A DNA stretch of 46,301 bases from Candidatus Minusculum obligatum (GCA_002331145.1 DCYT01000004.1:1-46301), one strand, 5' to 3'; shown: positions 1-10,268, counted from the first letter of the stretch. Notes: generated by a model from the sequence alone, not told the origin. A program made the numbers and translations.

Positions 1-650
<650 letters not shown>

Positions 651-694
651 AATATTTTTCAATCATTGCTGATGAAATGCATTCGCTCTTCTTA

Positions 695-709
695 TTCAAT
701 TTTCAAACT
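695..709 (-). promoter_or_regulatory. boxA-like antitermination element in the rRNA leader
   Basis: AGTTTGAAAATTGAA lies ~45 nt upstream of the mature 23S and resembles rrn boxA (TCTTTGAAAACTGAA type). Confidence 0.5.
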
Positions 710-822
710 ACAAGTGTTTCTCCGAGAAAGAAAAAACCGCTTCAGGGGAAGCGGCATGCATAACTGCACGGAAGTCCGCTTTCTTTAATTGGTTAATATC
801 TTTGTCTTAAACACGTGGGAGG

Positions 823-852
823 AGTATACACGAAGAGACCTATATAAGTCAA
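823..852 (-). promoter_or_regulatory. sigma70 promoter for the stand-alone 23S rRNA
   Basis: TTGACT-N18-TATACT on the minus strand, just downstream of the terminator of the preceding gene. Confidence 0.7.
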
Positions 853-867
853 CAGTTTTCTGCAATA

Positions 868-895
868 TAAAAAGCCCCCAAATGGGAGCTTTTTA
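868..895 (-). terminator. intrinsic terminator
   Basis: AAAAGC(T)CCC...GGGGCTTTT hairpin with U-tract after the 915-1598 gene. Confidence 0.65.
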
Positions 896-914
896 CACAA
901 GAAAAGACTAAGAC

Positions 915-1598
915 TTAGTCTTCCATGTTCTTCTTGGCCTGGTCGATGTATCGAGCTGCCGCATCCTGGCCTCCAAGACCAAATGCAAGTCCAACTGCTA
1001 GTGATACTGCTACCACGATTCCAGTGAAGAGTGTTTGTACGAATGCTGATGCAACCTGTAGGTGATCAAGCGCTGCAAGGATCGCAAAGATCCAAATTGA
1101 CCAGCGTGTGATTGTCCCAAGGAATGCTGCACTTCGCATGTGCGCTGCACGAGCTGAAGCCGCAACAATGTTCTGCGCCATGTCTGCAACTACTGCAGCA
1201 ATGAGAAGTACAAGTACTGCAACAATTACTTGTGGCAAGTATCCAAGTACAACGTCTCGCAAGAAGCTGTTAACTTCAGTAAGTCCGAGCACATCCAATG
1301 ATGCAACAAGGAACACAACAATAAAGAACCACTTCACAAGTGATCCAAGGAATGCTCCTGCGTCAAGGTCTACACCTGCGCGCTTTGTAATTCCGTCAAC
1401 TCCAGCTGACCGAAGTGCATTGTTAACCTTTAGAGAATTAACAAGCTGCGCAACAATACGTGAGAGACCTGCTCCAATGAGCCATCCTACAATAAAGATA
1501 AGGACAGCAACTAGTAGATTTGGAATGAACTCAACCAATCCATAGAAAAGATTCTGAAATGAATCGTTGAGTACCTGTGTCCAAGTTTCAATAAGCAT
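915..1598 (-). CDS. TM-helix repeat membrane protein (MscS-type transmembrane domain family)
   Basis: Multiple hydrophobic helices with repeated FIPNLLVAVLIFIVGW / YLPQVIVAVLVL motifs and a GLAFGLGG end. Confidence 0.8.
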   Translation of the reverse strand: MLIETWTQVLNDSFQNLFYGLVEFIPNLLVAVLIFIVGWLIGAGLSRIVAQLVNSLKVNNALRSAGVDGITKRAGVDLDAGAFLGSLVKWFFIVVFLVASLDVLGLTEVNSFLRDVVLGYLPQVIVAVLVLLIAAVVADMAQNIVAASARAAHMRSAAFLGTITRWSIWIFAILAALDHLQVASAFVQTLFTGIVVAVSLAVGLAFGLGGQDAAARYIDQAKKNMED

Positions 1599-1727
1599 AG
1601 CTATGCAAAAATGCCCTGTATACCGGGCCTACCTGATAATGTTCCTGTGTCCAAGTTTAGTTTTAGGCACTTATATATTTTAGCACCCACACCGTTAAGC
1701 CATTTTTTGCTTTCAAAACTTTGGGGA

Positions 1728-2303
1728 TTAGGGAGAAATACCAATTTTGTCTACCAATGCAATATGCGGGTACTCAATGACATCTCGCAAAAGACGATCG
1801 TATACTCCTAAACGATAGTTAAAGTCTTGTGTAGAGAATGTGGCGTAGCTTAATTCCTGCCCAAGTTCAGCCTCTAAAGTACGCACCGCTCTTTCAAGCT
1901 TTGGCATAACAATTCTATCTCCAACAATAAGAAGATCTATTGAAGACTCTTGCGTGTCAGTGAGTGTTCCACTTAGAACAAGAAGCTTAATAACCCCACA
2001 CCCCTTAATGCTCTTTACTACCTCTGAGTGTTTAAGTTCTGTAGTACGTCTAAAGAAGGCTTTGAGTTGATCATAGTGTTCAAAATTAGTATTAGCAAAA
2101 TATACAATCTCTCTCCCCTTCTTTTGTTTCTTCGCAAGTTTAATACGTGCAAAAAGCTCAAGTTCTTTTCGAGCAGCTTGTTTTGTTACCTTAGATCGGT
2201 ACGCGGCCTCTTTTACAGTAAATTTAGAGTCCTTATTAAAGAGAATAAGTCTTAGTGTCTTCACTCGAGCATTACTTCCGAACAGCTTCGCCAATACATC
2301 CAT
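1728..2303 (-). CDS. wHTH plus degenerate nucleotidyltransferase-like domain protein (CPR-type regulator)
   Basis: LFGSxARVKxLRL N-terminus and HTH, then LSG...IDLLIVGD. The MNT DxD motif is reduced to one Asp. Confidence 0.65.
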   Translation of the reverse strand: MDVLAKLFGSNARVKTLRLILFNKDSKFTVKEAAYRSKVTKQAARKELELFARIKLAKKQKKGREIVYFANTNFEHYDQLKAFFRRTTELKHSEVVKSIKGCGVIKLLVLSGTLTDTQESSIDLLIVGDRIVMPKLERAVRTLEAELGQELSYATFSTQDFNYRLGVYDRLLRDVIEYPHIALVDKIGISP

Positions 2304-2349
2304 ATCTCCTCTATTCTACGCTTCTCTATATCGGTGTGCAAGAAAAACA

Positions 2350-2378
2350 AAAAACACCCCATTTGGGGTGTTTTTTGT
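2350..2378 (-). terminator. terminator of rplJL
   Basis: AAAAACACCCC-ATTT-GGGGTGTTTTT perfect hairpin with A/U tails. Confidence 0.85.
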
Positions 2379-2395
2379 CTATAGGAAGGTAGAAA

Positions 2396-2890
2396 TTACT
2401 TGAATTCTACAGATCCTCCAGCCTCAGTAATCTGAGCCTTTAGCTCCTCAGCCTCCTCTGGCTTCATCTTCTCCTTAAGCATTACAGGAGCTCCATCTAC
2501 GAGATCCTTTGCTTCCTTAAGTCCAAGACCTAGAGCATTCTTAACTGCTTTAATAACCTGAATCTTCTGGTCACCAGCTGCAGTAAGCTCAACATTAACC
2601 TCGCTTGATCCTGCATCTCCTGCGTCACCTCCAGCAGCGGGTGCTGCTGCAGCTGCAGTTGCAGATACACCAAACTTCTCCTCAAACACCTTTACAAGTG
2701 TGTTGAGTTCAAGAACGGTCATCTTCTCGATCTTCTCTACAATATCCTTAAACTCCTTAGGAACCTCTACCTCTTTAGCTTCCTCAGCAGGAGCTTCCTC
2801 CTTTGCCTCTTCTGCGGCAGGAGCCTCCTCAGCTGCAGCGGGTGCTGCCTCCTCGGTTGTCTCCTCTACCTTTTTCTCTTCGTCTGACAT
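2396..2890 (-). CDS. rplL: 50S ribosomal protein L7/L12 with acidic N-terminal extension
   Basis: [24 protein letters not shown] and [20 protein letters not shown]. Confidence 0.97.
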   Translation of the reverse strand: MSDEEKKVEETTEEAAPAAAEEAPAAEEAKEEAPAEEAKEVEVPKEFKDIVEKIEKMTVLELNTLVKVFEEKFGVSATAAAAAPAAGGDAGDAGSSEVNVELTAAGDQKIQVIKAVKNALGLGLKEAKDLVDGAPVMLKEKMKPEEAEELKAQITEAGGSVEFK

Positions 2891-2909
2891 AATAATGTTT
2901 ATTACCTAA

Positions 2910-3404
2910 TTACTCGCCCTTCTTTTCTGCAATCTGTCCAAGTGCTACCGCAGTTCGCTGAATTGGTGAGTTAATCACATTCACAAACATTCCTCGCAGA
3001 ACCTGTAGAGAAGGAATAGTTGCAATCTCTTTCATCTTAGAAGCGTCAGCTAGTGACTCCTCGAAGACTCCTCCCAAAATCGTAAGGCCTTCATGCTTCT
3101 TCCCATACTCATGAATGAGACGAGCAGGAGCAGTAGTGTCCTCTGATGTTGTGTAGGCGATCGCAAGCTCTCCCTCAAGTTCTGGAAGATCTCCGGCTAC
3201 CTTGTTATCAGCAATTGCTTTCTTGATAAGTCGCTTCTTTGCCACGAAATACTTTACGTCTTCGTCCTTAAGCGCACGTCGCATTTCAGTTGTATCGTTT
3301 CCTCCGATACCCTTGAAACCAACAAATACCAAACTCTTGGCGTTCGTTAGAACGTCAGAAAGATTTGCGAGAATTTCACTCTTTTTTTCTCGTGTAATTG
3401 CCAT
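2910..3404 (-). CDS. rplJ: 50S ribosomal protein L10
   Basis: MAITREKK start, YFVAKKRL, LPELEGELAIA; directly upstream of rplL. Confidence 0.96.
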   Translation of the reverse strand: MAITREKKSEILANLSDVLTNAKSLVFVGFKGIGGNDTTEMRRALKDEDVKYFVAKKRLIKKAIADNKVAGDLPELEGELAIAYTTSEDTTAPARLIHEYGKKHEGLTILGGVFEESLADASKMKEIATIPSLQVLRGMFVNVINSPIQRTAVALGQIAEKKGE

Positions 3405-3424
3405 AAATAATTTTGTATACGAAA

Positions 3425-3525
3425 CGAAAAAATCCCTTGCGGGACCTTTCTAATAGAGATGTATAGACGTATTCGTCTGATACAACCTCGGCAGGGCTTA
3501 TCGATGCCTGCTGTCTCCGGTCCGT
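3425..3525 (-). ncRNA. L10 leader (ribosomal protein autoregulatory RNA) with downstream terminator-like hairpin
   Basis: The minus strand reads CCGGAGACAGCAGG...CCTGCCGAGG (L10-leader core), then GTCCC-GCAA-GGGAT plus a U-tract before rplJ. Confidence 0.8.
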
Positions 3526-3603
3526 ATGAAGCAAAATGTACTACATATTTACTTTTTTGCCAAGAAGGCGTATGTTCTATAGCAGAGAAGCACGGAGGAG
3601 AAA

Positions 3604-3894
3604 ATGCATCCGTTACAGGTAATAAAAGAGACCATTGATGGTGTTGAAGATCTCAACACTCGCATTGCCGCAGTTTCTCTGCTCAATGCTGAAGGTCACA
3701 ACCAACTTCATCCCAGGGACCAGATACAACTTCCAAGCTGTGCCGACCCGAATGTTCGAGCGGTTCGCCGAGAAATTGGACAAAAGCTCGGCATGAGGAT
3801 GTCTGATCTAACGGAAGAAGTTTCTGAACTTTTGGCCAGTGTTCGTCTCAATGACAACACTGACTTCACTGTCTTTTTTGCCATGCAAGAATAG
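3604..3894 (+). CDS. hypothetical protein (ORFan)
   Basis: 96-aa ORF with GGAGGAG upstream and its own terminator downstream. Confidence 0.65.
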   Translation: MHPLQVIKETIDGVEDLNTRIAAVSLLNAEGHNQLHPRDQIQLPSCADPNVRAVRREIGQKLGMRMSDLTEEVSELLASVRLNDNTDFTVFFAMQE

Positions 3895-3900
3895 ACAACA

Positions 3901-3930
3901 ACAATGCCGGTCCCTTGGACCGGCATTTGT
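3901..3930. terminator. bidirectional hairpin between convergent genes
   Basis: AATGCCGGTC-CCTTG-GACCGGCATT. Confidence 0.7.
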
Positions 3931-3931
3931 C

Positions 3932-4033
3932 TTATCCCTGCCCTCCAACAAGCAAGAAGAGAAGAAGTGAGATTGCAACAATTGCAACAAAACCTCCAAG
4001 GAATTTAAAGAAATGTGGGTTAAATATTTTCAT
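3932..4033 (-). CDS. small single-TM protein, 33 aa (absent from ORF track)
   Basis: Hand translation: MKIFNPHFFKFLGGFVAIVAISLLLFLLVGGQG*. The ATG is 1 nt after the upstream stop and the ORF fills the gap to the terminator. Confidence 0.7.
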   Translation of the reverse strand: MKIFNPHFFKFLGGFVAIVAISLLLFLLVGGQG

Positions 4034-4034
4034 A

Positions 4035-6218
4035 CTATTGCAATGCTGCCTGTAGTGACTGAATAAATAGAGGGTCCGTCCCCAAAAGGTTTGGTTGTTT
4101 TAATTGTACCAGCTCAACAAGCTCTACCGCACCGCTAAGATCCCCTTCAATAAATCGAATCTTTGCGAGGTCAAAGATGGCAACGTAATCAGTAGGTCGC
4201 TCTCTATATACAGTTTCAAGATATGGACGAGCTTCACTTATTTTATTCTGTGCAAGAAGCCTTCCTGCAATACGACGAGCATCTGCCGCATCTCCATCAT
4301 ATCGACTGATTCCTTCCTCAAAAGATTTCTCTGACATAACAGGATCTCCCGTTACACGATATAGCTCAGCCAAAACTAAGTACGCTTCTGCAATATCTGG
4401 CACAAGACTCTGATACTCTTTTACGGTATCAATCGCCTTTTGATAAAGCTCTGCCCTTGTAGATCCTGTAGAGGCATTCCCTTTTGCAATATAGATGTTT
4501 GCAAACATGTAGTATGGCTGCTCTCTTCCAGGAGATAGCCTCTTTGCATCTTCAAGAACTTTTAGGTTCTCTTCCTCACTATAAGCAACACCTGCAGGAC
4601 GCGCCTCAAGTACATGCCCAAGGTACACAAATGTCCGAGCATCATATGGATACTTCTTTGCATTTGCTGTTAGTGCATCGTATGCAGTCTGGTATGCAAG
4701 AACTTTTTCTTCTCCAGAGAAAACATTCTGCTGTCTGCTGGTATACATTTCATATGCTTGATATCCAAACTCAAGATCTGTAAATGAGTTTGTATTGAAT
4801 CCTCTTGCATACGAAGCAGCATACTTTTCCGCATCTACAACATGCTGCAAGTAACTTTGTCCAAGCTGAAGATTTAAATATGCAGGCTGCAACACTGCAA
4901 AGTACATTCCAACAAGAACCAAAGCTGAGGCAACAGCAGCTTCTCCTCTCATGAGAGCATTTCCTGCTTGCCCCTCTCCCTCTTTGTACAAAGAAAATGC
5001 AAACAATGGGAAAAGCACAATAAGAGTGTTTATGGTATCGAACACAAAGAAACTTTGTAGTACATATACTCCAACAAGCAACAACAACATGTTCCCCATG
5101 TATTCATCCTCTTTTCGTGTCTTTAGAGCAAAGCGGAAAAGTCCTGCAACAAAAAGAATAAATAAGATGAGTCCAAATATTCCGTACTGTACAAGATAAT
5201 CTAAGTAAAGATTGTGTGAGCGATCAAACCACTGCTCTACAATATCTCCCGCATTGTAAAACTGGTTATATACATAATCGATGTGCTCTGCCCCGTATCC
5301 TGTAAATGGTCTCTCAAGTGCTAGTGAAAGTGTATTTTCCCAAACGAAAAGTCTACTTGAGGTTGTAGCATCTTCTACTCCAATATTTGCAATACGCTGC
5401 ACTGGTTCAAATGGAACATTTTGCAAGCTTTCTCTGAAAGCAAAAAATCCTCCAAGTGTTGCAAGTCCTACAAAAACTCCTGCAATCGCAATCTTCTGCG
5501 CCTTTCCACTCCCCTTTATAGCTGTATACAGGAATGCAATACCAAGCATCGCAATAAGTGCCAAGATGGTTCCTCGTGTCGCAGTTAGAATAATTGCAAT
5601 AATTTGAATAAGTGCTCCTGCATAGTACCAATCAGCCTTGCTGTTCTTTTTTGCAACAATAAGTGTTAGGAAAAACGTAAGTCCTAGATACCCTGCCAAA
5701 AACGCAGCATTCCCTATCGTCCCTCCAATACGTCCATCGGCCTCAAGCAATAGTGGAATTGAAATACTACTTACATCCCCCAACCACTGCACTATGGCGT
5801 ATGCACCCACAACACTTGCTACGCCTGCAGTAAGCTTTAGGAACTTCCAAATAAAATCCTTTGAGACAAAAAGAACAAGAAGATATAGATAGAGTGTTCC
5901 ATACGTCATTGCAAGAAGTCCCGCACTTCTATCAAAGACAGACCAGAAGCTATGATAAAAATCTATTCCAAAGAATGCTGTTATGTATGCAGCAGCAAGC
6001 AGTGCTGCTGGAATCCATGCCCAAAAACTCTTGAACCTCTCTACATGCACTTTCCCTCCCTTATACAGAAAGTACGTCCCTGCAAGTACCGCAACAGAAA
6101 TCGCAATTCGGAAAAAGAATGCTTTTGTTGCAACAAGTGGATAGAAGAAAATATCCAAATACACCAGAGGAATAAGTGCTGGTGCTAAAAGTGCCCAATT
6201 TCGTATCTTATCGATCAT
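4035..6218 (-). CDS. O-antigen ligase/oligosaccharyltransferase (Wzy_C) family membrane protein with C-terminal TPRs
   Basis: RIGGTIGNAAFLAGY, TATRG, SRLFVW, PFTGYG, DRSHNLYLDYLVQYGIFG; ~12 TM helices and a helical-repeat C-terminus. Confidence 0.88.
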   Translation of the reverse strand: MIDKIRNWALLAPALIPLVYLDIFFYPLVATKAFFFRIAISVAVLAGTYFLYKGGKVHVERFKSFWAWIPAALLAAAYITAFFGIDFYHSFWSVFDRSAGLLAMTYGTLYLYLLVLFVSKDFIWKFLKLTAGVASVVGAYAIVQWLGDVSSISIPLLLEADGRIGGTIGNAAFLAGYLGLTFFLTLIVAKKNSKADWYYAGALIQIIAIILTATRGTILALIAMLGIAFLYTAIKGSGKAQKIAIAGVFVGLATLGGFFAFRESLQNVPFEPVQRIANIGVEDATTSSRLFVWENTLSLALERPFTGYGAEHIDYVYNQFYNAGDIVEQWFDRSHNLYLDYLVQYGIFGLILFILFVAGLFRFALKTRKEDEYMGNMLLLLVGVYVLQSFFVFDTINTLIVLFPLFAFSLYKEGEGQAGNALMRGEAAVASALVLVGMYFAVLQPAYLNLQLGQSYLQHVVDAEKYAASYARGFNTNSFTDLEFGYQAYEMYTSRQQNVFSGEEKVLAYQTAYDALTANAKKYPYDARTFVYLGHVLEARPAGVAYSEEENLKVLEDAKRLSPGREQPYYMFANIYIAKGNASTGSTRAELYQKAIDTVKEYQSLVPDIAEAYLVLAELYRVTGDPVMSEKSFEEGISRYDGDAADARRIAGRLLAQNKISEARPYLETVYRERPTDYVAIFDLAKIRFIEGDLSGAVELVELVQLKQPNLLGTDPLFIQSLQAALQ

Positions 6219-6795
6219 GAAGTTTCTTCCAAGACTCATAACGCTGATTCAAAACATCGCTCTTTGGATACTTTTCAAGTGCAAAAGTGTGTGCGCTCTC
6301 TACAAGATCAAGATCATCTCCAAAATACTGCTCGAGGTGTTGAATGTACTGAATTCGATTCTGCACATTGTCATCTCTATCAAGCCCCATCTCATACGCA
6401 ATCTTTGCAGACTCTGGTGCCCCCACCTTCCCTAAAAGGGTCCCTAAGTTAATGAAAGCAAGTGAACGTGCCTCATTCTCTTTTATAGAAATAAGTAGAT
6501 ACTCATAGGCTTTCTTCCCTTCTCCCAAAAGAGAATACTGCCCGGCAATACCAACATAGATATCATAGTCAGGAAACTCTCCATCCCCCAAAAGATCTTC
6601 AAGCCTTTCTCGCTCAGTCTCAGCTCGGAGCGTTAACTCTTCACTTGCCTCATATGATCCTTCAAAATCCCACACTGGTCTTTCACCCTCTACAAGAGCA
6701 AATGCTACCTCTGTCTTATTTCCAACCTGTACTGCGGCAAAAATTGCAACTGCCAATACTACGGCTACACCTAAAGATATTCCTGCTTTTTTCAT
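6208..6795 (-). CDS. membrane-anchored TPR-like protein
   Basis: N-terminal TM/signal and TPR-like AFINLGTLLGKVG..AKIAYE. Confidence 0.7.
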   Translation of the reverse strand: MKKAGISLGVAVVLAVAIFAAVQVGNKTEVAFALVEGERPVWDFEGSYEASEELTLRAETERERLEDLLGDGEFPDYDIYVGIAGQYSLLGEGKKAYEYLLISIKENEARSLAFINLGTLLGKVGAPESAKIAYEMGLDRDDNVQNRIQYIQHLEQYFGDDLDLVESAHTFALEKYPKSDVLNQRYESWKKLHDR

Positions 6796-6817
6796 ATGCA
6801 AAAACAATAGCATATAT

Positions 6818-6849
6818 AACAAAAAACCGCCCGAAGGCGGTTTTTTGTT
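6818..6849 (-). terminator. terminator of the surface-protein gene
   Basis: AACAAAAAACCGCC-CGAA-GGCGGTTTTTTGTT. Confidence 0.88.
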
Positions 6850-6887
6850 ATCTATCTAGTTAACTTACAGAGTTACTATCTAGAGGA

Positions 6888-9800
6888 TTATGACTGGCTG
6901 TATGATACAGCGTCTCCTCCTGATAGATCGTCTACTAGGTAACTGTTAGTCCAGTCGTTTGTAGCAGTTGTGTGGCTTGTTAGCGCACGGTCACTCCATA
7001 CAAAGTTGTGTCCTGATAGAAGATCATTTGCGGAATCAACAGCGATAACTGATGTATCCTCAATGATGTTGATTGAGATAGAGTCTCCTGAAGTTCCCCA
7101 TCCAGTTACTGCTGTTGCAAATAGCTGGTAGGTCTTTGAAGATCCGGCTGCAATCTGCTCAACGTCGCTGTTTGTTGAAGTTCCAGCGTAGATAACTACG
7201 TCGTTGCTTCCGTCAGCATTAACTGTTGAGTCGTTGATGTTTGTAGTTTCTCCCTTCTCTCGAAGATAGAATCCTGTCAACGTTACAGAGTTTGTAGCTA
7301 CGTCGAATGAAAGCTGCTTCCACTCAATTGCTCCAGCTGAGTCAGCTGACATTGTGAACTCGTATAGAGCTGTTCCTGCTGTAGGAACTGATGTCGGCTT
7401 GCTTGCTGCTCCAAATGAAGGGATAGACTTTCGAACGTAGAACGTTCCTGCTGCAGATACGTCTGCTGATCCAACTGATGTTGAAGTCGCTCCTGACTCA
7501 TCAATAGCCTTGAAGCTAGTGTCGTAGTCAAGATCTACAGAGATAGCTGCTCCCGCAGTAGCTCCTGATGCGATTGTTGGAATTCCAACGTACACATCTA
7601 CATTTCGGTCACTATCAGCTGGGATGTAGAAGTCAAGACCAGTGAATGAAGCAGTTCCTGCTCCAGCACCTGTTACAAGTGCCTGTGTCTTCTCCTCTAC
7701 AGCTCCTGCTGTATTAGTGTACTTCAATGTCACATCTGTAATAGATGTTGAAGCGTTGTTAGGGATCTTAATTTGCGCCTCGCGTACAGTGTATGCACTG
7801 TTTGCAGCTGCAAAGTTGAACTGTCCAACGTGTACTGAACTCTGTCCAGCAACTACGTTGTCAGCGTTAGGATCTCCAGCTCCTGTTGTAGCTGTAAGAG
7901 TTCCTGATCCAAGAGTAATAGTCTGAAGTGCAAGATCTGAACCTGTTGTTACAGATGATCCTGTTACAAGACCTGTTCCTCCTGAAGTTGTGTCTAGAGT
8001 TGCAATCCAGCTTCCTGCATTGGCTCCTGACTTAATGTTTCCAATTACGTCAATTGTAATTGATCCGCTCTTCGCAAGATCAAAGTTAGTTGAGAAACTG
8101 TTTGAAGTAGATGGTGATGCTTTTGTAACACCGATCTGTGCTCCTGAGTTTCGGTTCATCAACTTAAGATCAGTAATTGTAGCTGCCTCAGCAGATGAAA
8201 GCTCAACCAACAGTGTGTTGATGTTTGCTCCTTCTACTGAACCTGCTGTAAGTGTGAATGATCCTAGAACAGCGTTGTTTGTTCCAGCAATCATAGTCTG
8301 GTTACCATATCCTGAGTACTTTGAAGCTGTAAGGCTTGTAGAACTGATAGTGATAGTGTTTCCAGCAATGTCAGATCCAGGTACGTTGATTGAAGTCAAT
8401 GAAGCCTGTCCCTGTCCATTTGATGATCCTGTTCCTAGAGTAACTGCAACAGTGTCTCCACTATTGTATGAAGCTGCTGTTGTAGTCTTCGCATCAGCGT
8501 AGATGTCAACAATAGCTACCTCTCCAGCCTTAAGAATCATACTTGAACCAAATGTGAAGTTAACATCAGTAGCTTCAGTAAGATCCTTTGTAGATCCAAC
8601 CTGTACTCCGTTGAAGAATACCTTACCGTTGTCAAGCCCTCCGTTTGATCCTGTAGCTGCTACGTTAATGTCAAGGTCCTCAACCTTCACATCTTCTCCT
8701 GAAGCGCGAAGCTCAAATGAAGCCCACTTAACGTTAGTTGAATCAACAGCTACTGACTCACTTGGTGAGTTGTTTGCTTTTGTAACTGATACTGATCCAG
8801 CGTTCACAGTTGCCTGTGTTGCTGAACGAGCTGAGAAGCTTGATCCGTTAGCAGTTGATAGAACTGGCTGTCCTACCTGTGTGTCAACAAATCGAGCGTC
8901 AGATGCTCGACGAAGTGAGAACTGGAATGTCTCATTTGCTCCGTCTACAATGTCAGCCATAACCTTAATTGTTCGTCCTCCAGTCTCTAGACGCTTTGGT
9001 GAAGCGCTAAAGTCCCAGACAACGTAGTCATCGTTTCCGATTGCAGCAACTGCAGATCCAACCTGAACTCCGTCTACAAGTAGTCGGAAGTTCTTGATGT
9101 CTCCCTTGTCAATTGATCCAATGTTTCGAAGACTAAATGTCTCAAGGTTTACAGCACGTGTTCCAACAGTAGTTGTGTTCTGCCAAACAACGTAATCATC
9201 CTGTGCAGTCATTGTTGATGCACTTGGAAGTGTTGTTGTGTTGAAGTCAACTGTTGCTAGAGTTGCTGATGAGATTGTCTGGATTCCTCCAGTGATTGGG
9301 AATGAAACTCCTGAGTTAAGAGCACCTGTTGCTCCAACTGATACAAGAGAAACTCCAACCTGCTCACCATTTGTGCTTGTAGCAATATCAGCTCGTACAG
9401 ATACTGTCTTTGATGAACCTGCAGGGATCGTAAAGATTCCAGCTGGTGCATTGTAAGAGAACTGTGAACTTGATACAGCTGCTGAGTCTGTTAGACGCTC
9501 TGCTCCAGCGTATACATATACGTTAGATAGTGTTGCGTCGTTTGAAACTCCAATCCGGTTGAATGTAAGGTTTGTTACATCCATTGCCGCACTGTTGTTG
9601 TTTGTGAAGGTGAACTGAGCAAGCTCTCCTAGAGCCTGTCCCTGTACAAGAGCAACACCGTTAGGTGATCCTGCTGCTAGGGCAACGCTAAGTCCTGCTC
9701 CAGTAACTGGTGCTGAACCTCCGTTGTCTCCTCCTCCGTTGTTATTTCCAGATCCTGACACACAAAGAGCGTTAGCCTTTGCACGTGTAGATGATCCAAA

Positions 9801-10268
9801 GTATCCAGTTCCAGCTGAAAGTCCAACTGGTGCTAGTACCTCTGAAGCATACTTATCCTGGAACTTAGCTACTGCTGATGCAGTTAGCCCTCCAAAGTAA
9901 TCTGTTTCGTTTCCAGCTGATCCTACTCCTGAAGCTGCAATTGAAGTTGCGGCATCTGAGTTAAGGAATTGCTGAAGAGCAAGTACGTCTGCTCCTGAAT
10001 CTCCAGTTGTTAGAGATCGTGTCCATGTGTATGGACATACTGATGCAGATGATCCTCCATTGTTTCCTCCCGTAGGTGCCTGTCCTCGTAGTGAAGCGTC
10101 AACGTTTGAAATAGTTGATGCGTCAGCTCCGAATGACGTAAGCAGTGAAAGGATTGACTGGATTTGTGCCTCAGAAAGTGCAGCGTGAGCACTCATAGGT
10201 GCTACTAGCGCTACAAACATTCCTACAGACAAGATCGCTGCACCGATTTTATTTGTCATGCGACTCAT
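6888..10268 (-). CDS. large secreted S-layer-like protein with N-terminal peptidoglycan-binding-like domain
   Basis: Signal peptide, LTTGDSGADVLALQQFLN...YFGGLTASAVAKFQ (PGBD-like), then ~950 aa of Ser/Thr/Gly-rich beta-sandwich repeats. Confidence 0.85.
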   Translation of the reverse strand: MSRMTNKIGAAILSVGMFVALVAPMSAHAALSEAQIQSILSLLTSFGADASTISNVDASLRGQAPTGGNNGGSSASVCPYTWTRSLTTGDSGADVLALQQFLNSDAATSIAASGVGSAGNETDYFGGLTASAVAKFQDKYASEVLAPVGLSAGTGYFGSSTRAKANALCVSGSGNNNGGGDNGGSAPVTGAGLSVALAAGSPNGVALVQGQALGELAQFTFTNNNSAAMDVTNLTFNRIGVSNDATLSNVYVYAGAERLTDSAAVSSSQFSYNAPAGIFTIPAGSSKTVSVRADIATSTNGEQVGVSLVSVGATGALNSGVSFPITGGIQTISSATLATVDFNTTTLPSASTMTAQDDYVVWQNTTTVGTRAVNLETFSLRNIGSIDKGDIKNFRLLVDGVQVGSAVAAIGNDDYVVWDFSASPKRLETGGRTIKVMADIVDGANETFQFSLRRASDARFVDTQVGQPVLSTANGSSFSARSATQATVNAGSVSVTKANNSPSESVAVDSTNVKWASFELRASGEDVKVEDLDINVAATGSNGGLDNGKVFFNGVQVGSTKDLTEATDVNFTFGSSMILKAGEVAIVDIYADAKTTTAASYNSGDTVAVTLGTGSSNGQGQASLTSINVPGSDIAGNTITISSTSLTASKYSGYGNQTMIAGTNNAVLGSFTLTAGSVEGANINTLLVELSSAEAATITDLKLMNRNSGAQIGVTKASPSTSNSFSTNFDLAKSGSITIDVIGNIKSGANAGSWIATLDTTSGGTGLVTGSSVTTGSDLALQTITLGSGTLTATTGAGDPNADNVVAGQSSVHVGQFNFAAANSAYTVREAQIKIPNNASTSITDVTLKYTNTAGAVEEKTQALVTGAGAGTASFTGLDFYIPADSDRNVDVYVGIPTIASGATAGAAISVDLDYDTSFKAIDESGATSTSVGSADVSAAGTFYVRKSIPSFGAASKPTSVPTAGTALYEFTMSADSAGAIEWKQLSFDVATNSVTLTGFYLREKGETTNINDSTVNADGSNDVVIYAGTSTNSDVEQIAAGSSKTYQLFATAVTGWGTSGDSISINIIEDTSVIAVDSANDLLSGHNFVWSDRALTSHTTATNDWTNSYLVDDLSGGDAVSYSQS

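Noticed and set aside
7642-9456. Long plus-strand ORFs antisense to the surface protein, and similar antisense ORFs over ftsK, ileS, glyQS and other genes
   Set aside because: Shadow ORFs produced by codon bias of the real gene; no motifs or start signals.
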